A program made the translations under genes and the position numbers. A stretch of 64,000 nt of DNA from assembly GCA_963667465.2 (NCBI GenBank), contig CAXXDN010000001.1, positions 320,001-384,000 on the forward strand. Reading direction: 5' to 3'. The notes beneath the pieces were generated by a model, which was given only the letters and a program-made list of their open reading frames with translations, was not told the DNA's origin and ran no database searches. Position 1 is the first letter of the stretch. The number at the start of each line of letters is the position of its first letter. The stretch is from Dehalococcoidia bacterium. GTDB taxonomy: Bacteria > Chloroflexota > Dehalococcoidia > UBA2979. This document shows positions 50,401 through 60,343 of the stretch, piece after piece.

Positions 50401-53400
50401 ATGTTTACGCACCTCCATACACACTCCGAGTACTCACTGCTGGACGGGCTCAGCACCATCCCGGACCTCGTCGCACGCGCGAAGGCGCTCGGCCAGGACG
50501 CCCTTGCCATCACCGACCACGGCAATTTGCACGGTGCCCTCCAGTTCTACGAGGAGGCCCGCGCCAACGAGCTCAAGCCGATCATCGGCCTCGAGGGCTA
50601 CGTCGCGCCCGGCAGCCGCTTCGACCGCAGCGCCGCCTCGCGCACCCCCTTCCACCTCACCCTGCTCGCGCAGAACGAGACCGGCTACCGCAACCTGCTC
50701 AAGCTCTCCACCGCCTCACACCTGGAGGGCTTCTACTACCGCCCGCGCGTCGACCGTGAGCTGCTCGAACGGCATAACGAGGGCCTGATCGCGCTCTCCG
50801 CCTGCCCCTCCGGCGAGGTGATGACGGCGCTCCAGGAGGAGCGCGAGCCGGACGCTCGCGAGGCCCTCGGCTGGTACGCCGACGTCTTCAAGGGCCGCTA
50901 CTACGTCGAGCTGCAGGAGCACGGCCAGGAGCAGTTCAGCCGCCTCAACCCGCGGCTCGTCTCGCTCGCCCGCGACCTCGAGCTGCCGCTGGTGCTGACC
51001 AACGACTCGCACTACACCACGCCCGAGCAGGAGCACCCGCACGACGTGCTGCTCTGCATCGGCACCAACTCGACGATCCACGAGACCGATCGCATGAAGC
51101 TCGAGAGCGGCACCTTCTACCTCCGCTCCGAGGAGGAGATGCGCGCGCTCCTGCCCGAGCTGCCCGACGCCTGCGACGCCACCGCGCGCATCGCCGAGCA
51201 GGTCGACATCCAGCTCGACTTCGGGCGCACGCTGCTGCCCGACCCCGGAATCCCCGAGGGCATGACCGCCGACAGCTACCTGCGGCAGCTCTGCGAGGAA
51301 GGCCTTGAGCGACGCTACCGCGACCCCGGCGAGGACCAGCGGGAGCGGCTCCGCTACGAACTCGCAGTGATCGAAGAGACCGGGTTCGCGGAGTACATCC
51401 TGATCGTCCGGGACATCGCCCGCTTCGCCCGCGAGCAACGCATCCCGATGGGCGTGCGCGGCTCGGCGGCCGCCTCGATCGTCCTCTACTGCCTGGACGT
51501 CACCGACATCGAGCCGACGCAGTACCGCCTCGTCTTCGAGCGCTTCCTCAACCCCGAGCGGCGTGAGATGCCGGACGTGGACTTTGACTTCGCCGACGAC
51601 CGCCGCGAGGAGGTGATCCGCTACGCCGCCGAGCGCTACGGGCGCGACCGCGTCGCGCAGATCGTCACGTTCGGCACGCTCGGCGCAAAGGCCGCCATCC
51701 GCGACACGGGGCGCGCCCTCGGCATGTCCTACGGCGAGGTCGACCGCGTCGCCCGGCTCGTGCCGAACTCGCTCGGCATCACTCTCGACCAGGCACTCAG
51801 CGAGGTCGAGGACCTGCGCCGCGCAACCGAGGAGGACCAGGCCGTCGCCGAGCTGCTGGAGACCGCGCGCAGTCTCGAGGGCGTCGCGCGCCACGCGAGC
51901 ACGCACGCCGCCGGCATCGTGATCTCGCGCGAGCCGCTGGTCGACGTCGCGCCGCTGCAGCGCGCCACCTCCAGCCGCGACGACGACGAGCAACTGCTGC
52001 CGACCACGCAGTTCGACATGAACGACGTCGCGAAGATCGGCCTACTCAAGCTCGACTTCCTCGGCCTGGCGAACCTCACGATCCTCGGTCGCGCCGCCGA
52101 CCTGATCGGCGAGCAGCTCGACGAGCCGCTCGACCTCGAGTCGATCCCCGACGGGGACGAGGAGACGGCGCGGCTGCTGCGCGAGGGCCGCACGTTCGGC
52201 GTCTTCCAGCTGGAGGGCAGCGGGATGCGGCGCTGGGTGACGGAGCTGCAGCCGCGCGACATCCGCGAGCTGGCGGCGATGATCGCCCTCTACCGCCCCG
52301 GCCCGATGGAGCACATCCCGCGCTACATCGATGTCAAGCTCGGCCGCGCGGAGCCGCACTACCCGCACGAGGACCTCGCAAGCGTCCTCGACGAGACCTA
52401 CGGGGTGATCACCTACCAGGACCAGGTGCTGGAGATTGCGCGCACCTTCGCGGGCTACTCGCTGGGTCACGCCGACGTGATGCGCAAGGCGATGGGCAAG
52501 AAAATCCCGGAGGTGATGCTCGCCGAGCGCGACCGCTTCATCGAGGGGGCGCTCGCCAACGGCTACGACCAGCGCCTCGCGGAGCAGCTGTTCGACATGA
52601 TCGAGCCGTTCGCGGGCTACGCCTTCAACAAGGCGCACGCCTTCTCCTACGGGGTGATCGCCTACCGCACGGCCTGGCTGAAGGCGCACTACCCGGTGCA
52701 GTTCATGACCGCCGTGCTGATGGCCGCGGGCGCACATCCGACCGGCGCGCAGGACCGCATCGCGGCGGCGATCGCGGAGTGCCTGCGCCTCGGCATCTCG
52801 GTCTTGCCGCCCGACGTGAACCGCTCCGGCGTCAACTTCGCGATCGAGCGCCTCGGCGACCCCGCGACCAGCGAGGAGCCCGCGATCCGCTTCGGCATGG
52901 CGCAGATCAAGAACGTCGGCGCGGCCGCCGTCGAGGGCCTGGTCGCCGAGCGCGAGAAGGACGGCCCGTTCGCCTCGATCGAGGACTTCGCGCGGCGCGT
53001 CAACGCGCGGGACTGCAACCGCCGCGTGCTCGAATCGCTAGCCAAGGCCGGCGCGCTCGACTGCCTCGGCAGCGACGGGGTGGACCGCTCCGCGATCGTC
53101 TTCGGCGTGGACCGCATCCTCACCGTCGCGCAGGAGGCGCAGCGCCAGCGCGACACCGGCCAGACCTCGATGTTCGACCTGTTCGGGGACGAGGTGGACA
53201 CGCCGCTGCCGGCGCTGGAGCTCGATCCCGTCACGACCCCGCAACGCGAGTTGCTGGGCTGGGAGCGGGAGCTGCTCGGCGCCTACGTCTCGGCGCACCC
53301 GTTTCGGGAGGCGGCGCAACGCCTCGCCGAGTACATCACGCACCAGACGCCGGAACTGACCGCGGAGCTCGCCGGCCTCGAGGTAGTGGTGGCCGGCATG

Positions 53401-54210
53401 GTGACGGGCGTGCGGCGGCTGACGACGCGCCAGGGCAAGGCCTTCGCCGCCGTCACCGTCGAGGACCTGAGCGGCACCGCAGAGCTCACGGTCTGGCCCG
53501 ACTCCTACGAGCAGCACCAGGGCCTGCTGATGCACGGCAACGTACTGCTGGCGAAGGTGGAAGTCCGCGAGCGGGGCGACCGCCTCACGCTCGCCGTCGC
53601 CGCCCTCGCCTCGTACGACCAGGACGCCGGCAGACCGCTGAACTTCGACCTGTCGCAGTTCGTGCCGTCGCGAGGCCGGCGGCGGCAGCGCGGCGCGGAC
53701 CGGGCGGCTGCCAATGGCGCCAACGGGAACGGCGCGGCGCCCAGGCTCGAGGCCGTCCCGCCGATCCCCGAGGCAGCCGCGAACGGCAACGGAAACGGGC
53801 ACGGCAGCGCGGCCGCGGCCCTGCCGCCGGGCAACGGGATCCACAGCCGGGCAGCCGCGGCGAACGGCGGCCGGCGCAACGGCGCGACGGGCGGCCGGCG
53901 AGCGCGCCCCGCTCCGCCACCGGACGGGCCGGAGCGGCTCTGGATCCTGATCGAGGAAACGACGGACAGCGGCGCGGACCGCCGTCGCCTCGGGAGGATC
54001 GTGCAGCTGCTCGAGGCCCATCCCGGCGCGCAGCCGGTGGAGATCGAGCTCCAGGCGCAGGACGGCCGCAGCGAGCGCCTGCGCCTCCCTCCCGTCGCCG
54101 ACATCGGAGCGCTGCTCCCCGAGCTGAAGCCGCTGCTCGGCGTGCTCGGCAGCGCCGCGCACGCCGGCGAAGCACAGTCCGCTGCACTCTCAACCGCCAA
54201 GGCGATCTAG
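50401..54210 (+). CDS. dnaE: DNA polymerase III alpha subunit
   Basis: PHP domain HLHTHSEYSLLDG, TDHGN, TNDSHY; RGSAA.S, FERFLNPER..MPDVDFD, KLDFLGL, YAFNKAH, QTSMFDLF clamp motif, OB fold. Confidence 0.98.
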   Translation: MFTHLHTHSEYSLLDGLSTIPDLVARAKALGQDALAITDHGNLHGALQFYEEARANELKPIIGLEGYVAPGSRFDRSAASRTPFHLTLLAQNETGYRNLLKLSTASHLEGFYYRPRVDRELLERHNEGLIALSACPSGEVMTALQEEREPDAREALGWYADVFKGRYYVELQEHGQEQFSRLNPRLVSLARDLELPLVLTNDSHYTTPEQEHPHDVLLCIGTNSTIHETDRMKLESGTFYLRSEEEMRALLPELPDACDATARIAEQVDIQLDFGRTLLPDPGIPEGMTADSYLRQLCEEGLERRYRDPGEDQRERLRYELAVIEETGFAEYILIVRDIARFAREQRIPMGVRGSAAASIVLYCLDVTDIEPTQYRLVFERFLNPERREMPDVDFDFADDRREEVIRYAAERYGRDRVAQIVTFGTLGAKAAIRDTGRALGMSYGEVDRVARLVPNSLGITLDQALSEVEDLRRATEEDQAVAELLETARSLEGVARHASTHAAGIVISREPLVDVAPLQRATSSRDDDEQLLPTTQFDMNDVAKIGLLKLDFLGLANLTILGRAADLIGEQLDEPLDLESIPDGDEETARLLREGRTFGVFQLEGSGMRRWVTELQPRDIRELAAMIALYRPGPMEHIPRYIDVKLGRAEPHYPHEDLASVLDETYGVITYQDQVLEIARTFAGYSLGHADVMRKAMGKKIPEVMLAERDRFIEGALANGYDQRLAEQLFDMIEPFAGYAFNKAHAFSYGVIAYRTAWLKAHYPVQFMTAVLMAAGAHPTGAQDRIAAAIAECLRLGISVLPPDVNRSGVNFAIERLGDPATSEEPAIRFGMAQIKNVGAAAVEGLVAEREKDGPFASIEDFARRVNARDCNRRVLESLAKAGALDCLGSDGVDRSAIVFGVDRILTVAQEAQRQRDTGQTSMFDLFGDEVDTPLPALELDPVTTPQRELLGWERELLGAYVSAHPFREAAQRLAEYITHQTPELTAELAGLEVVVAGMVTGVRRLTTRQGKAFAAVTVEDLSGTAELTVWPDSYEQHQGLLMHGNVLLAKVEVRERGDRLTLAVAALASYDQDAGRPLNFDLSQFVPSRGRRRQRGADRAAANGANGNGAAPRLEAVPPIPEAAANGNGNGHGSAAAALPPGNGIHSRAAAANGGRRNGATGGRRARPAPPPDGPERLWILIEETTDSGADRRRLGRIVQLLEAHPGAQPVEIELQAQDGRSERLRLPPVADIGALLPELKPLLGVLGSAAHAGEAQSAALSTAKAI

Positions 54211-54270
54211 CGCCCCTCTGGCTGTAACGCCCGCGCAGCGCTTGCGAAGATCGGGCGCTACTATCGGCCC

Positions 54271-56307
54271 GTGCTACGAATCACCCCCGAGGCACAGCGA
54301 ACTGCAAGGCGGCTTCGCGAGGTCCTGACCCGGCGCATCGAGCGCTCGCCCCGCGCGGGGCCAATGGTGCTCGCGGCCGTCGTTGGGCTCGGCGCCGGAC
54401 TCGCGGCCGTCGGATTCTCGATCCTCGTCGAGCTGAGCGACCGCTTCTTCTTCGACACCCTCAAGGACGAGTGGCTCAGCGGGCTGCCCAACGCGCGACT
54501 GATCCTGATCCCCGCCATCGGCGGGCTACTCGTCGGCCCGATTACCTACCTCCTGGCGCCGGGCGCGCGCGGCCACTCGGTCCCCGAGGTCATGGCCGCG
54601 CTGGACTCGCGCGGCGGGCGGCTGCCCGCCACCGACGCGGTCGCGAAGATCGCTGCAGCGACGATCACGATTGGATCAGGCGGCGCCGTAGGGAGGCAGG
54701 GGCCGGTCGTCTTCATCGGCGCGGCGTTCGGCTCGCTCGCCGGGCGCGTCCTGCTGCTGAACGAGCAGACGATGCGGCTGCTGGCCGCGGCGGGCGCGGC
54801 GGGCGGAGTGGCGGGTGTCTTCAACGCGCCGATCGCCGGCGTCTTCTTCGCGCTCGAGGTGCTGCTGCGGCGCTTCAGCACGCGCAACTTCAGCGTCGTC
54901 GTGCTCGCCTCGATCGTCGCCACGGTCACCGCGATCGGGTTGCGAGGCGACGAGCTTGCGATCCCCGTCCCCACCCACCAGCACCTGACGAGCATCGAGG
55001 AGGCCCCGCTCTACGCCGTGCTCGGCGTGCTCTGCGGAATCGTCGGCGTTGCCTTCATCCGCGTCTTCTACTGGACCGAGGACGGGTTCACACGCCTCTC
55101 CGGGCTGCCGGGCTGGCTGCTCCCGGCAGTCGGCGGCGCCATGGTCGGCGCGCTGGCGCTCATCGACGGCAGCATCCTCGGTATCCGCGAGATCGCACGC
55201 GATGAAGCGCTGGCCGGCCACAGCCCCCTCGCCCCGCTGCTCGTGTTGCTCGTGCTGAAGATGGCGGCGACCTCGATCACCGCCGGCAGCGGGGGCAGTG
55301 GCGGCGTCTTCTTCCCCACGCTGTTCATCGGGGCAATGGTGGGCGGCGTGTTCGAGGAGGTCTCAGTCCAGGTCTTCCCCGGCATCGTCGATCACTCCGG
55401 GACCTACGCCACCGTAGGGATGGCCGCCGCGTTCGCCGCCGCCTCGCGCGCCCCGATCACCTCGACGCTGATCCTCGTGGAGATGACCGACGACTTCGAC
55501 CTCATGGTGCCGCTGCTGATCGCCATCACGATGGCCACAGTCGTCTCGCAGCTGCTCAGCCGCGGCACGATCTACTCGATCAAGGCGGAGCGCCTCGGCG
55601 TCGCCATCGACGAGGACGTGGAGCCCTCCGAGGTGATGGCGCAGCTGCGCGTCTCCGACGCGATGTCGCCGATGATGGAGGCCTTCGGCCCCGACGCCAC
55701 CCTCGATGAGATCACGCTCGCCTTCGAGGGCGACCCGGATCCGATCGCCCTCGTCGTGCGGGAGAACGGCGAGATCTACGGCATCCTGACCGGCGCCGAC
55801 ATCGGCGAGGCGCTCGCCCACGACGAGCAGAACGCGACGGCCGCCGATATCTGCTCGACGCACCTGCGCACGATCCATCCGGATCAGACGCTGCACGAAG
55901 CGCTCAACCTCTTCGCCTCGCAGGACGTGCGCGCACTGCCGGTGGTGGAGCCCGATCGGCCATGGCATCCAGCCGGGCTGCTGCGCCGCGCCGACATCAT
56001 GCGCGCCTACGCCGAGGCCGTGGACCGCCGCGCCTCGCGCTCGCGGCGGCAGCGCCTGCGCCCCGTGCGGCGCAGCGACAACGTGCGCTACCTGGAGCTG
56101 CGCGTCTCGCACGAGAGCGGCCTCGACGGCAAGCAACTCTCCGCCATCGACCTTACCGAGGACGCGGTCATCGTCGCCGTCCGCCACGAGGGCGCCACGC
56201 TGATCCCGCGCGGCCACACGCGGCTGGCCGAGGGCGATCGCGTCACGATCATCGCCAGCGCCGAGGCGGTCGCCGAGGTGCGCGCTACCTTCGAGGGCCA
56301 CTCCTGA
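54271..56307 (+). CDS. CLC-family chloride channel/transporter with CBS pair and C-terminal TrkA-C (RCK_C) domain
   Basis: GHSVPE, GGAVGRQGP, FNAPIAG, GGVFFP, TIYS; CBS repeats; IVAVRH.G..LIPRG.T.L.EGD. Confidence 0.92.
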   Translation: MLRITPEAQRTARRLREVLTRRIERSPRAGPMVLAAVVGLGAGLAAVGFSILVELSDRFFFDTLKDEWLSGLPNARLILIPAIGGLLVGPITYLLAPGARGHSVPEVMAALDSRGGRLPATDAVAKIAAATITIGSGGAVGRQGPVVFIGAAFGSLAGRVLLLNEQTMRLLAAAGAAGGVAGVFNAPIAGVFFALEVLLRRFSTRNFSVVVLASIVATVTAIGLRGDELAIPVPTHQHLTSIEEAPLYAVLGVLCGIVGVAFIRVFYWTEDGFTRLSGLPGWLLPAVGGAMVGALALIDGSILGIREIARDEALAGHSPLAPLLVLLVLKMAATSITAGSGGSGGVFFPTLFIGAMVGGVFEEVSVQVFPGIVDHSGTYATVGMAAAFAAASRAPITSTLILVEMTDDFDLMVPLLIAITMATVVSQLLSRGTIYSIKAERLGVAIDEDVEPSEVMAQLRVSDAMSPMMEAFGPDATLDEITLAFEGDPDPIALVVRENGEIYGILTGADIGEALAHDEQNATAADICSTHLRTIHPDQTLHEALNLFASQDVRALPVVEPDRPWHPAGLLRRADIMRAYAEAVDRRASRSRRQRLRPVRRSDNVRYLELRVSHESGLDGKQLSAIDLTEDAVIVAVRHEGATLIPRGHTRLAEGDRVTIIASAEAVAEVRATFEGHS

Positions 56308-56404
56308 TCCACCCTTCGCGCCCGGCGCGCCCGGCGCGCCCCTCCCGGCGCTAGCAGGTAGACTGGACCCGTAGCCCCTTCCTGCCCGTCCGAAACGGAA
56401 GGCG

Positions 56405-57415
56405 ATGGCGCAGCAACCCCCCGAGGCAGAGGCCCTGCAACCGCCCGGCGACGCCGGGTCGTCCCGCACGCAAACGGTGATCGCGAACGTCACGAGCGAG
56501 ATCGGGCGCGTCATCGTCGGCCAGGACGAGTTGATCGAGCGGCTGCTCGTTGCACTGCTGACCGGGCAGCACGCGCTGATCGAGGGCGCTCCCGGGCTGG
56601 CCAAGACGCTCACGGTCTCGACGCTGGCGCGCACCCTGAAGCTTTCCTTCTCGCGCATCCAGTTCACACCGGACCTGCTGCCCGCCGACATCACCGGCAC
56701 GCTCGTCTTCCAGCAATCGGACGGCCAGTTCCGGCTGCGCCGCGGCCCGCTCTTCGCGAACGTGATCCTCGCCGACGAGATCAACCGCGCACCCGCCAAG
56801 GTGCAGTCGGCGCTCCTCGAGGCGATGCAGGAGCGTCAGGTGACGATCGGGGGCACCAGCTACGCGCTGCCCGAGCCGTTCCTCGTGCTCGCCACGCAGA
56901 ACCCGATCGAGCACGAGGGCACCTACCCGCTGCCGGAGGCGCAGCTCGATCGCTTCATGCTCAAGATCCTGGTCGGCTATCCGGACCGCGAATCCGAGCG
57001 CAGCATCATCCGCCGCGCGCTTGAGCAGGAAGCCGTCGAGGTGGAGCCCACCGCCGGCCAGCGCGACCTCGAGGAGCTGACCCTGGAGACCCGGCGCATC
57101 GAGGTCAACGAGCGCATCCGCGAGTACATCGTGCGGCTGCTGGAGGCGACGCGGGAGCCCGCGCGCTACCAGCTCGACGACCTGGCGCCGCTGATCGAGT
57201 ACGGCGCCTCGCCCCGCTCCGGCGCAATGCTGGCGCAGGCGGTGCGCAGCCTCGCCTGCATCCGCGGGCGCGGGTACGCCCTGCCCGAGGACGTGAAGGA
57301 ACTCGCCCCGGACGTGCTCCGCCACCGCCTGGTGCTCAGCTACGAGGCCGAGGCGCGGGGCGTCAGCCCCGACCAGGTCGTCGAGCGCCTGCTGGCCGGC
57401 GTCGGGATCCCCTGA
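56405..57415 (+). CDS. moxR: MoxR-family AAA+ ATPase
   Basis: HALIEGAPGLAKT, RIQFTPDLLPADITG, LADEINRAPAKVQSALLEAMQE, ATQNPIE.EGTYPLPEAQLDRF. Confidence 0.95.
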   Translation: MAQQPPEAEALQPPGDAGSSRTQTVIANVTSEIGRVIVGQDELIERLLVALLTGQHALIEGAPGLAKTLTVSTLARTLKLSFSRIQFTPDLLPADITGTLVFQQSDGQFRLRRGPLFANVILADEINRAPAKVQSALLEAMQERQVTIGGTSYALPEPFLVLATQNPIEHEGTYPLPEAQLDRFMLKILVGYPDRESERSIIRRALEQEAVEVEPTAGQRDLEELTLETRRIEVNERIREYIVRLLEATREPARYQLDDLAPLIEYGASPRSGAMLAQAVRSLACIRGRGYALPEDVKELAPDVLRHRLVLSYEAEARGVSPDQVVERLLAGVGIP

Positions 57416-57417
57416 GC

Positions 57418-58392
57418 ATGCGCGCACGCCTGCTCGGCCTGCTGCGCGGCGGGGCGAGGGGGCCCCGTGATCAGCCCGATCCGCGCACCGAACCCCCCGC
57501 CGGCGACGGCGCACCACCGCTCCCGCCGCGACTGCTCGCCTCCGCGCGGCGCCTCGAGATCCGCGCGCGCCGCCTCGTCACGAGCGAGCTCGGCGGCGAG
57601 TACCGCAGCACCTTCCGCGGCGCCGGCATCGAGTTCGCCGAGGCGCGCGAGTACGTCCCCGGCGACGACGTGCGCCGCATCGACTGGAACGTCACCGCGC
57701 GCATGGGCGCGCCCTGGGTCAAGGAGTACGTCGAGGAGCGCGAGTTGCACCTCGTCTGCGCCGTCGACGTCTCCGCCTCGCAGCTGGCCGGGCGGCCCGT
57801 GCTCGGCCGCCGCGCGGCCGCGGCCGAGGTCTGCGCCCTGGTCACGCTGGCCGCCGCCTATAGCCACGACCGCACCGGCCTGCTGACCTTCAGCGACCGC
57901 ATCGAGCGCTACGTGCCGCCCGCCAAGGGCGCCCGCCACGCGATGCGGCTCGTGCGCGAGGTGCTGCAACCCGACCAGCCACGGCCGACCACCTCAATCG
58001 CCACGGCCTGCGATTACCTCGTACGCGTGCTGCGCCGCCGCTCCACCGTCTTCCTCATCTCGGACTTCATCGACGCCGGCTACGAGCGGCCGCTGCGCGA
58101 CCTGGGCCGCCGCCATGAGGTGATCGCCGTCGTGGTCGTCGACCCGCTCGACGAGGCGCTACCGGACGCCGGCATCGTCGAAGTCGAGGACATCGAGCGC
58201 GGGGGGCGGCTGCTGATCGACAGCTCCGACGAAGGCCTGCGCCGGCGCTACGCCGAGGCGGCCGCGGAGCGGCGAGAGCGGCGCGGCGCCACCCTGCGGC
58301 GCGCGGGCATCGAGGAGTTAATCGTGCGCACCGATGGCGACGCGGCCGAGCCGGTGCTTGAGTACTTCCGCCGCCGGAGCCGTCGCACGTGA
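57418..58392 (+). CDS. DUF58 (VWA-like) MoxR partner
   Basis: G.Y.S.FRG.G.EF.E.REY.PGDDVRRIDWNVTAR, EERE, VDVSAS, FLISDF. Confidence 0.93.
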   Translation: MRARLLGLLRGGARGPRDQPDPRTEPPAGDGAPPLPPRLLASARRLEIRARRLVTSELGGEYRSTFRGAGIEFAEAREYVPGDDVRRIDWNVTARMGAPWVKEYVEERELHLVCAVDVSASQLAGRPVLGRRAAAAEVCALVTLAAAYSHDRTGLLTFSDRIERYVPPAKGARHAMRLVREVLQPDQPRPTTSIATACDYLVRVLRRRSTVFLISDFIDAGYERPLRDLGRRHEVIAVVVVDPLDEALPDAGIVEVEDIERGGRLLIDSSDEGLRRRYAEAAAERRERRGATLRRAGIEELIVRTDGDAAEPVLEYFRRRSRRT

Positions 58393-59396
58393 CGCGCCCG
58401 GGGCTCGCGGTCGCGGCGCTGGCGCTGGCCGTCCTCGCGGCCCTCGGCGCACTCGCCGCCGCCCCGGCCACTGCGCAGCGCGCGACGCCGCTGGAGCTGC
58501 GCGTCGATGTCACGCCGCGCACGGTGACCCTCGGCGATCGGGTGCGGATCACGGTCATCGCGACGCATGCGGAGCCGCTCCTGATCACGGCCGACCCCCC
58601 ATCGCGCGGAGACGTGCTGCAACTGATCGAGGCGCTCCCCGCGGAGACCGGCACGCTGCCCGACGGTTCGCTGCAGACCGAGATCGTGTTCACCGTCGCC
58701 GCGTTCGCGCTCGGCCCGCAAGACGCCGGGCCCCTGCGCATCTTCTGGCTGCGCCGGGACGGCAGCTCCGGCGAGGCGCAGGCGATCCCGCCCATCTTCG
58801 AGGTCGCAACCGCACTCCTCGACGACTCCGGGGCGCTGCGGCCGCTGAAGCCGCAGGCGGCGTTCGGCGAGCCGCCTCCCGCCTGGGTGCGGCCCGCGAT
58901 CATCGCCGGCGCGCTGCTCGCGTTCGCGCTCCTCGTGGCGGTCGCCGTGCGCTGGCTGCGGCGCCGTGGTCCGGCGCCCGCGCCGCCTCCCGAGCAGCAT
59001 GAGCTCGCACCCGAGACCGCCGCGCGGCGGCGGCTCGAAGAGCTGGCCGGCAGTGGCGCGCTCGCGCGCGGCGAGTACGAGCGCTTCTACGGCACGCTCT
59101 CCATGGTGCTGCGCAACTATCTGGAGGCGCGCTTCAGGTTCAATGCGACGGCGCTCACCACGCCGGAGCTGGACCGCTCGATGGGCGGGCAAGGCGTCGA
59201 TCGCTGGCAGGCGCGCCTGGCCGGCGGTCTGCTCGAACGCTGCGACGCCGCCGTGTACGCAGGCCGCCATCCCGATCTCGGCTCCGCCGACCACGACCTG
59301 ACCGTGGCTTTCGAGATCATCGACCTCTCGCGTACGGGGCCACCCGCCAGCGCCGGCGCGTACGGCGGACCTGGCCCGGCAACGAGGCGGCCATGA
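58389..59396 (+). CDS. Exported single-pass membrane protein of the Bat cluster (BatD-like)
   Basis: Signal peptide, VTLGD.V Ig-like domain, TM helix, LRNYLE.RF...A...TT.EL cytoplasmic domain. Confidence 0.7.
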   Translation: MTRPGLAVAALALAVLAALGALAAAPATAQRATPLELRVDVTPRTVTLGDRVRITVIATHAEPLLITADPPSRGDVLQLIEALPAETGTLPDGSLQTEIVFTVAAFALGPQDAGPLRIFWLRRDGSSGEAQAIPPIFEVATALLDDSGALRPLKPQAAFGEPPPAWVRPAIIAGALLAFALLVAVAVRWLRRRGPAPAPPPEQHELAPETAARRRLEELAGSGALARGEYERFYGTLSMVLRNYLEARFRFNATALTTPELDRSMGGQGVDRWQARLAGGLLERCDAAVYAGRHPDLGSADHDLTVAFEIIDLSRTGPPASAGAYGGPGPATRRP

Positions 59397-60343
59397 GCTT
59401 CGCGAGCCCCTGGCTGTTGCTCCTCCTGCCCGTTGCCGGGCTGCTGCTGCTCGCCCCCGCGCTGCTCCGGCCGCGCCGTCCCCGGCTCGCCGTTGCCGAC
59501 CTCGCACCGCTGAGCGCGGCCGCAGCTCCCAGCTGGCGGCTGCGGCTGCGCTGGCTGCCCTGGCTGCTGCGCGCAGCAGCCATCGCGTTGCTGATCTTCG
59601 CCGCCGCTCGCCCCCAGCGCGGCCTTGCCCTCACCACGCTGCCCGAGGACGGCATCGACATCGTCGTCGTCCTCGACGTCTCCGGCTCGATGAGCCAGCT
59701 CGCCGAGCCCGGCCGCAACGCGCCCAGCAAGCTCGAGGCCGCGCAGGAGGTCATCGGCGAGTTCATCGAGAGCCTCGAGGGCGACCGCATTGGTCTCGTT
59801 GCCTTCCAGTCGCGCGCGATCCTGCTCTCCCCGCTCACGCTCGACCACGACGCGCTCGGTCGGCAGGTCGACGCAGCCGAGTCCGGACTGATCCCGGACG
59901 GCACGGCGATCGGGCTCGGCATCGCGGAGGCGCTCAACCTGCTGCGGGAATCGCCGGCGCGAAGCCGCATCGCGGTGCTGCTAACGGACGGCGAGAACAA
60001 CCAGGGCGAGGTGCCGCCGCTGCAGGCGGCGAGGATCGCGGAGACGCTCGGCATCCGCATCTACACGATCGGCCTCCACGGCGCCGCGCGCGGCGGCAGC
60101 CAGGTCGACGTGCGGTTGCTGCAGCAGATCGCCGCCGTGACCGACGCCGGCTACTTCGACGCCGCCACCCAGGTCGAGCTCTCCGAGGCCTACCGCGAGG
60201 TCCGCCGGCTCGAACGCAGCCGCGTGGGCGAGCGGCGCTTCACCGAGTTCCACGAGTACGGACCGCTGCTCGCGGTGGGCGCGCTGCTGTTGCTGGCCGC
60301 GGAGGTGGGCCTGCGCGCGACCATCTTCAGGAGATACCCGTGA
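59393..60343 (+). CDS. BatA-like VWA domain membrane protein
   Basis: MSFASPW.LLLL, A.ARPQ, DIVVVLDVSGSM (MIDAS), DRIGLVAF, PLTLD, GTAIG, LLTDGENN. Confidence 0.92.
   Translation: MSFASPWLLLLLPVAGLLLLAPALLRPRRPRLAVADLAPLSAAAAPSWRLRLRWLPWLLRAAAIALLIFAAARPQRGLALTTLPEDGIDIVVVLDVSGSMSQLAEPGRNAPSKLEAAQEVIGEFIESLEGDRIGLVAFQSRAILLSPLTLDHDALGRQVDAAESGLIPDGTAIGLGIAEALNLLRESPARSRIAVLLTDGENNQGEVPPLQAARIAETLGIRIYTIGLHGAARGGSQVDVRLLQQIAAVTDAGYFDAATQVELSEAYREVRRLERSRVGERRFTEFHEYGPLLAVGALLLLAAEVGLRATIFRRYP

Noticed and set aside
50401-54210. Intein in DnaE, or an error-prone DnaE2
   Set aside because: No intein splice or LAGLIDADG motifs; the extra length is a low-complexity linker; PHP and clamp-binding motifs are intact and there are no imuA/imuB neighbours.
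56317-56342. CGCGCCCGG x3 microrepeat
   Set aside because: Short and GC-only, plausible by chance or slippage in this composition.
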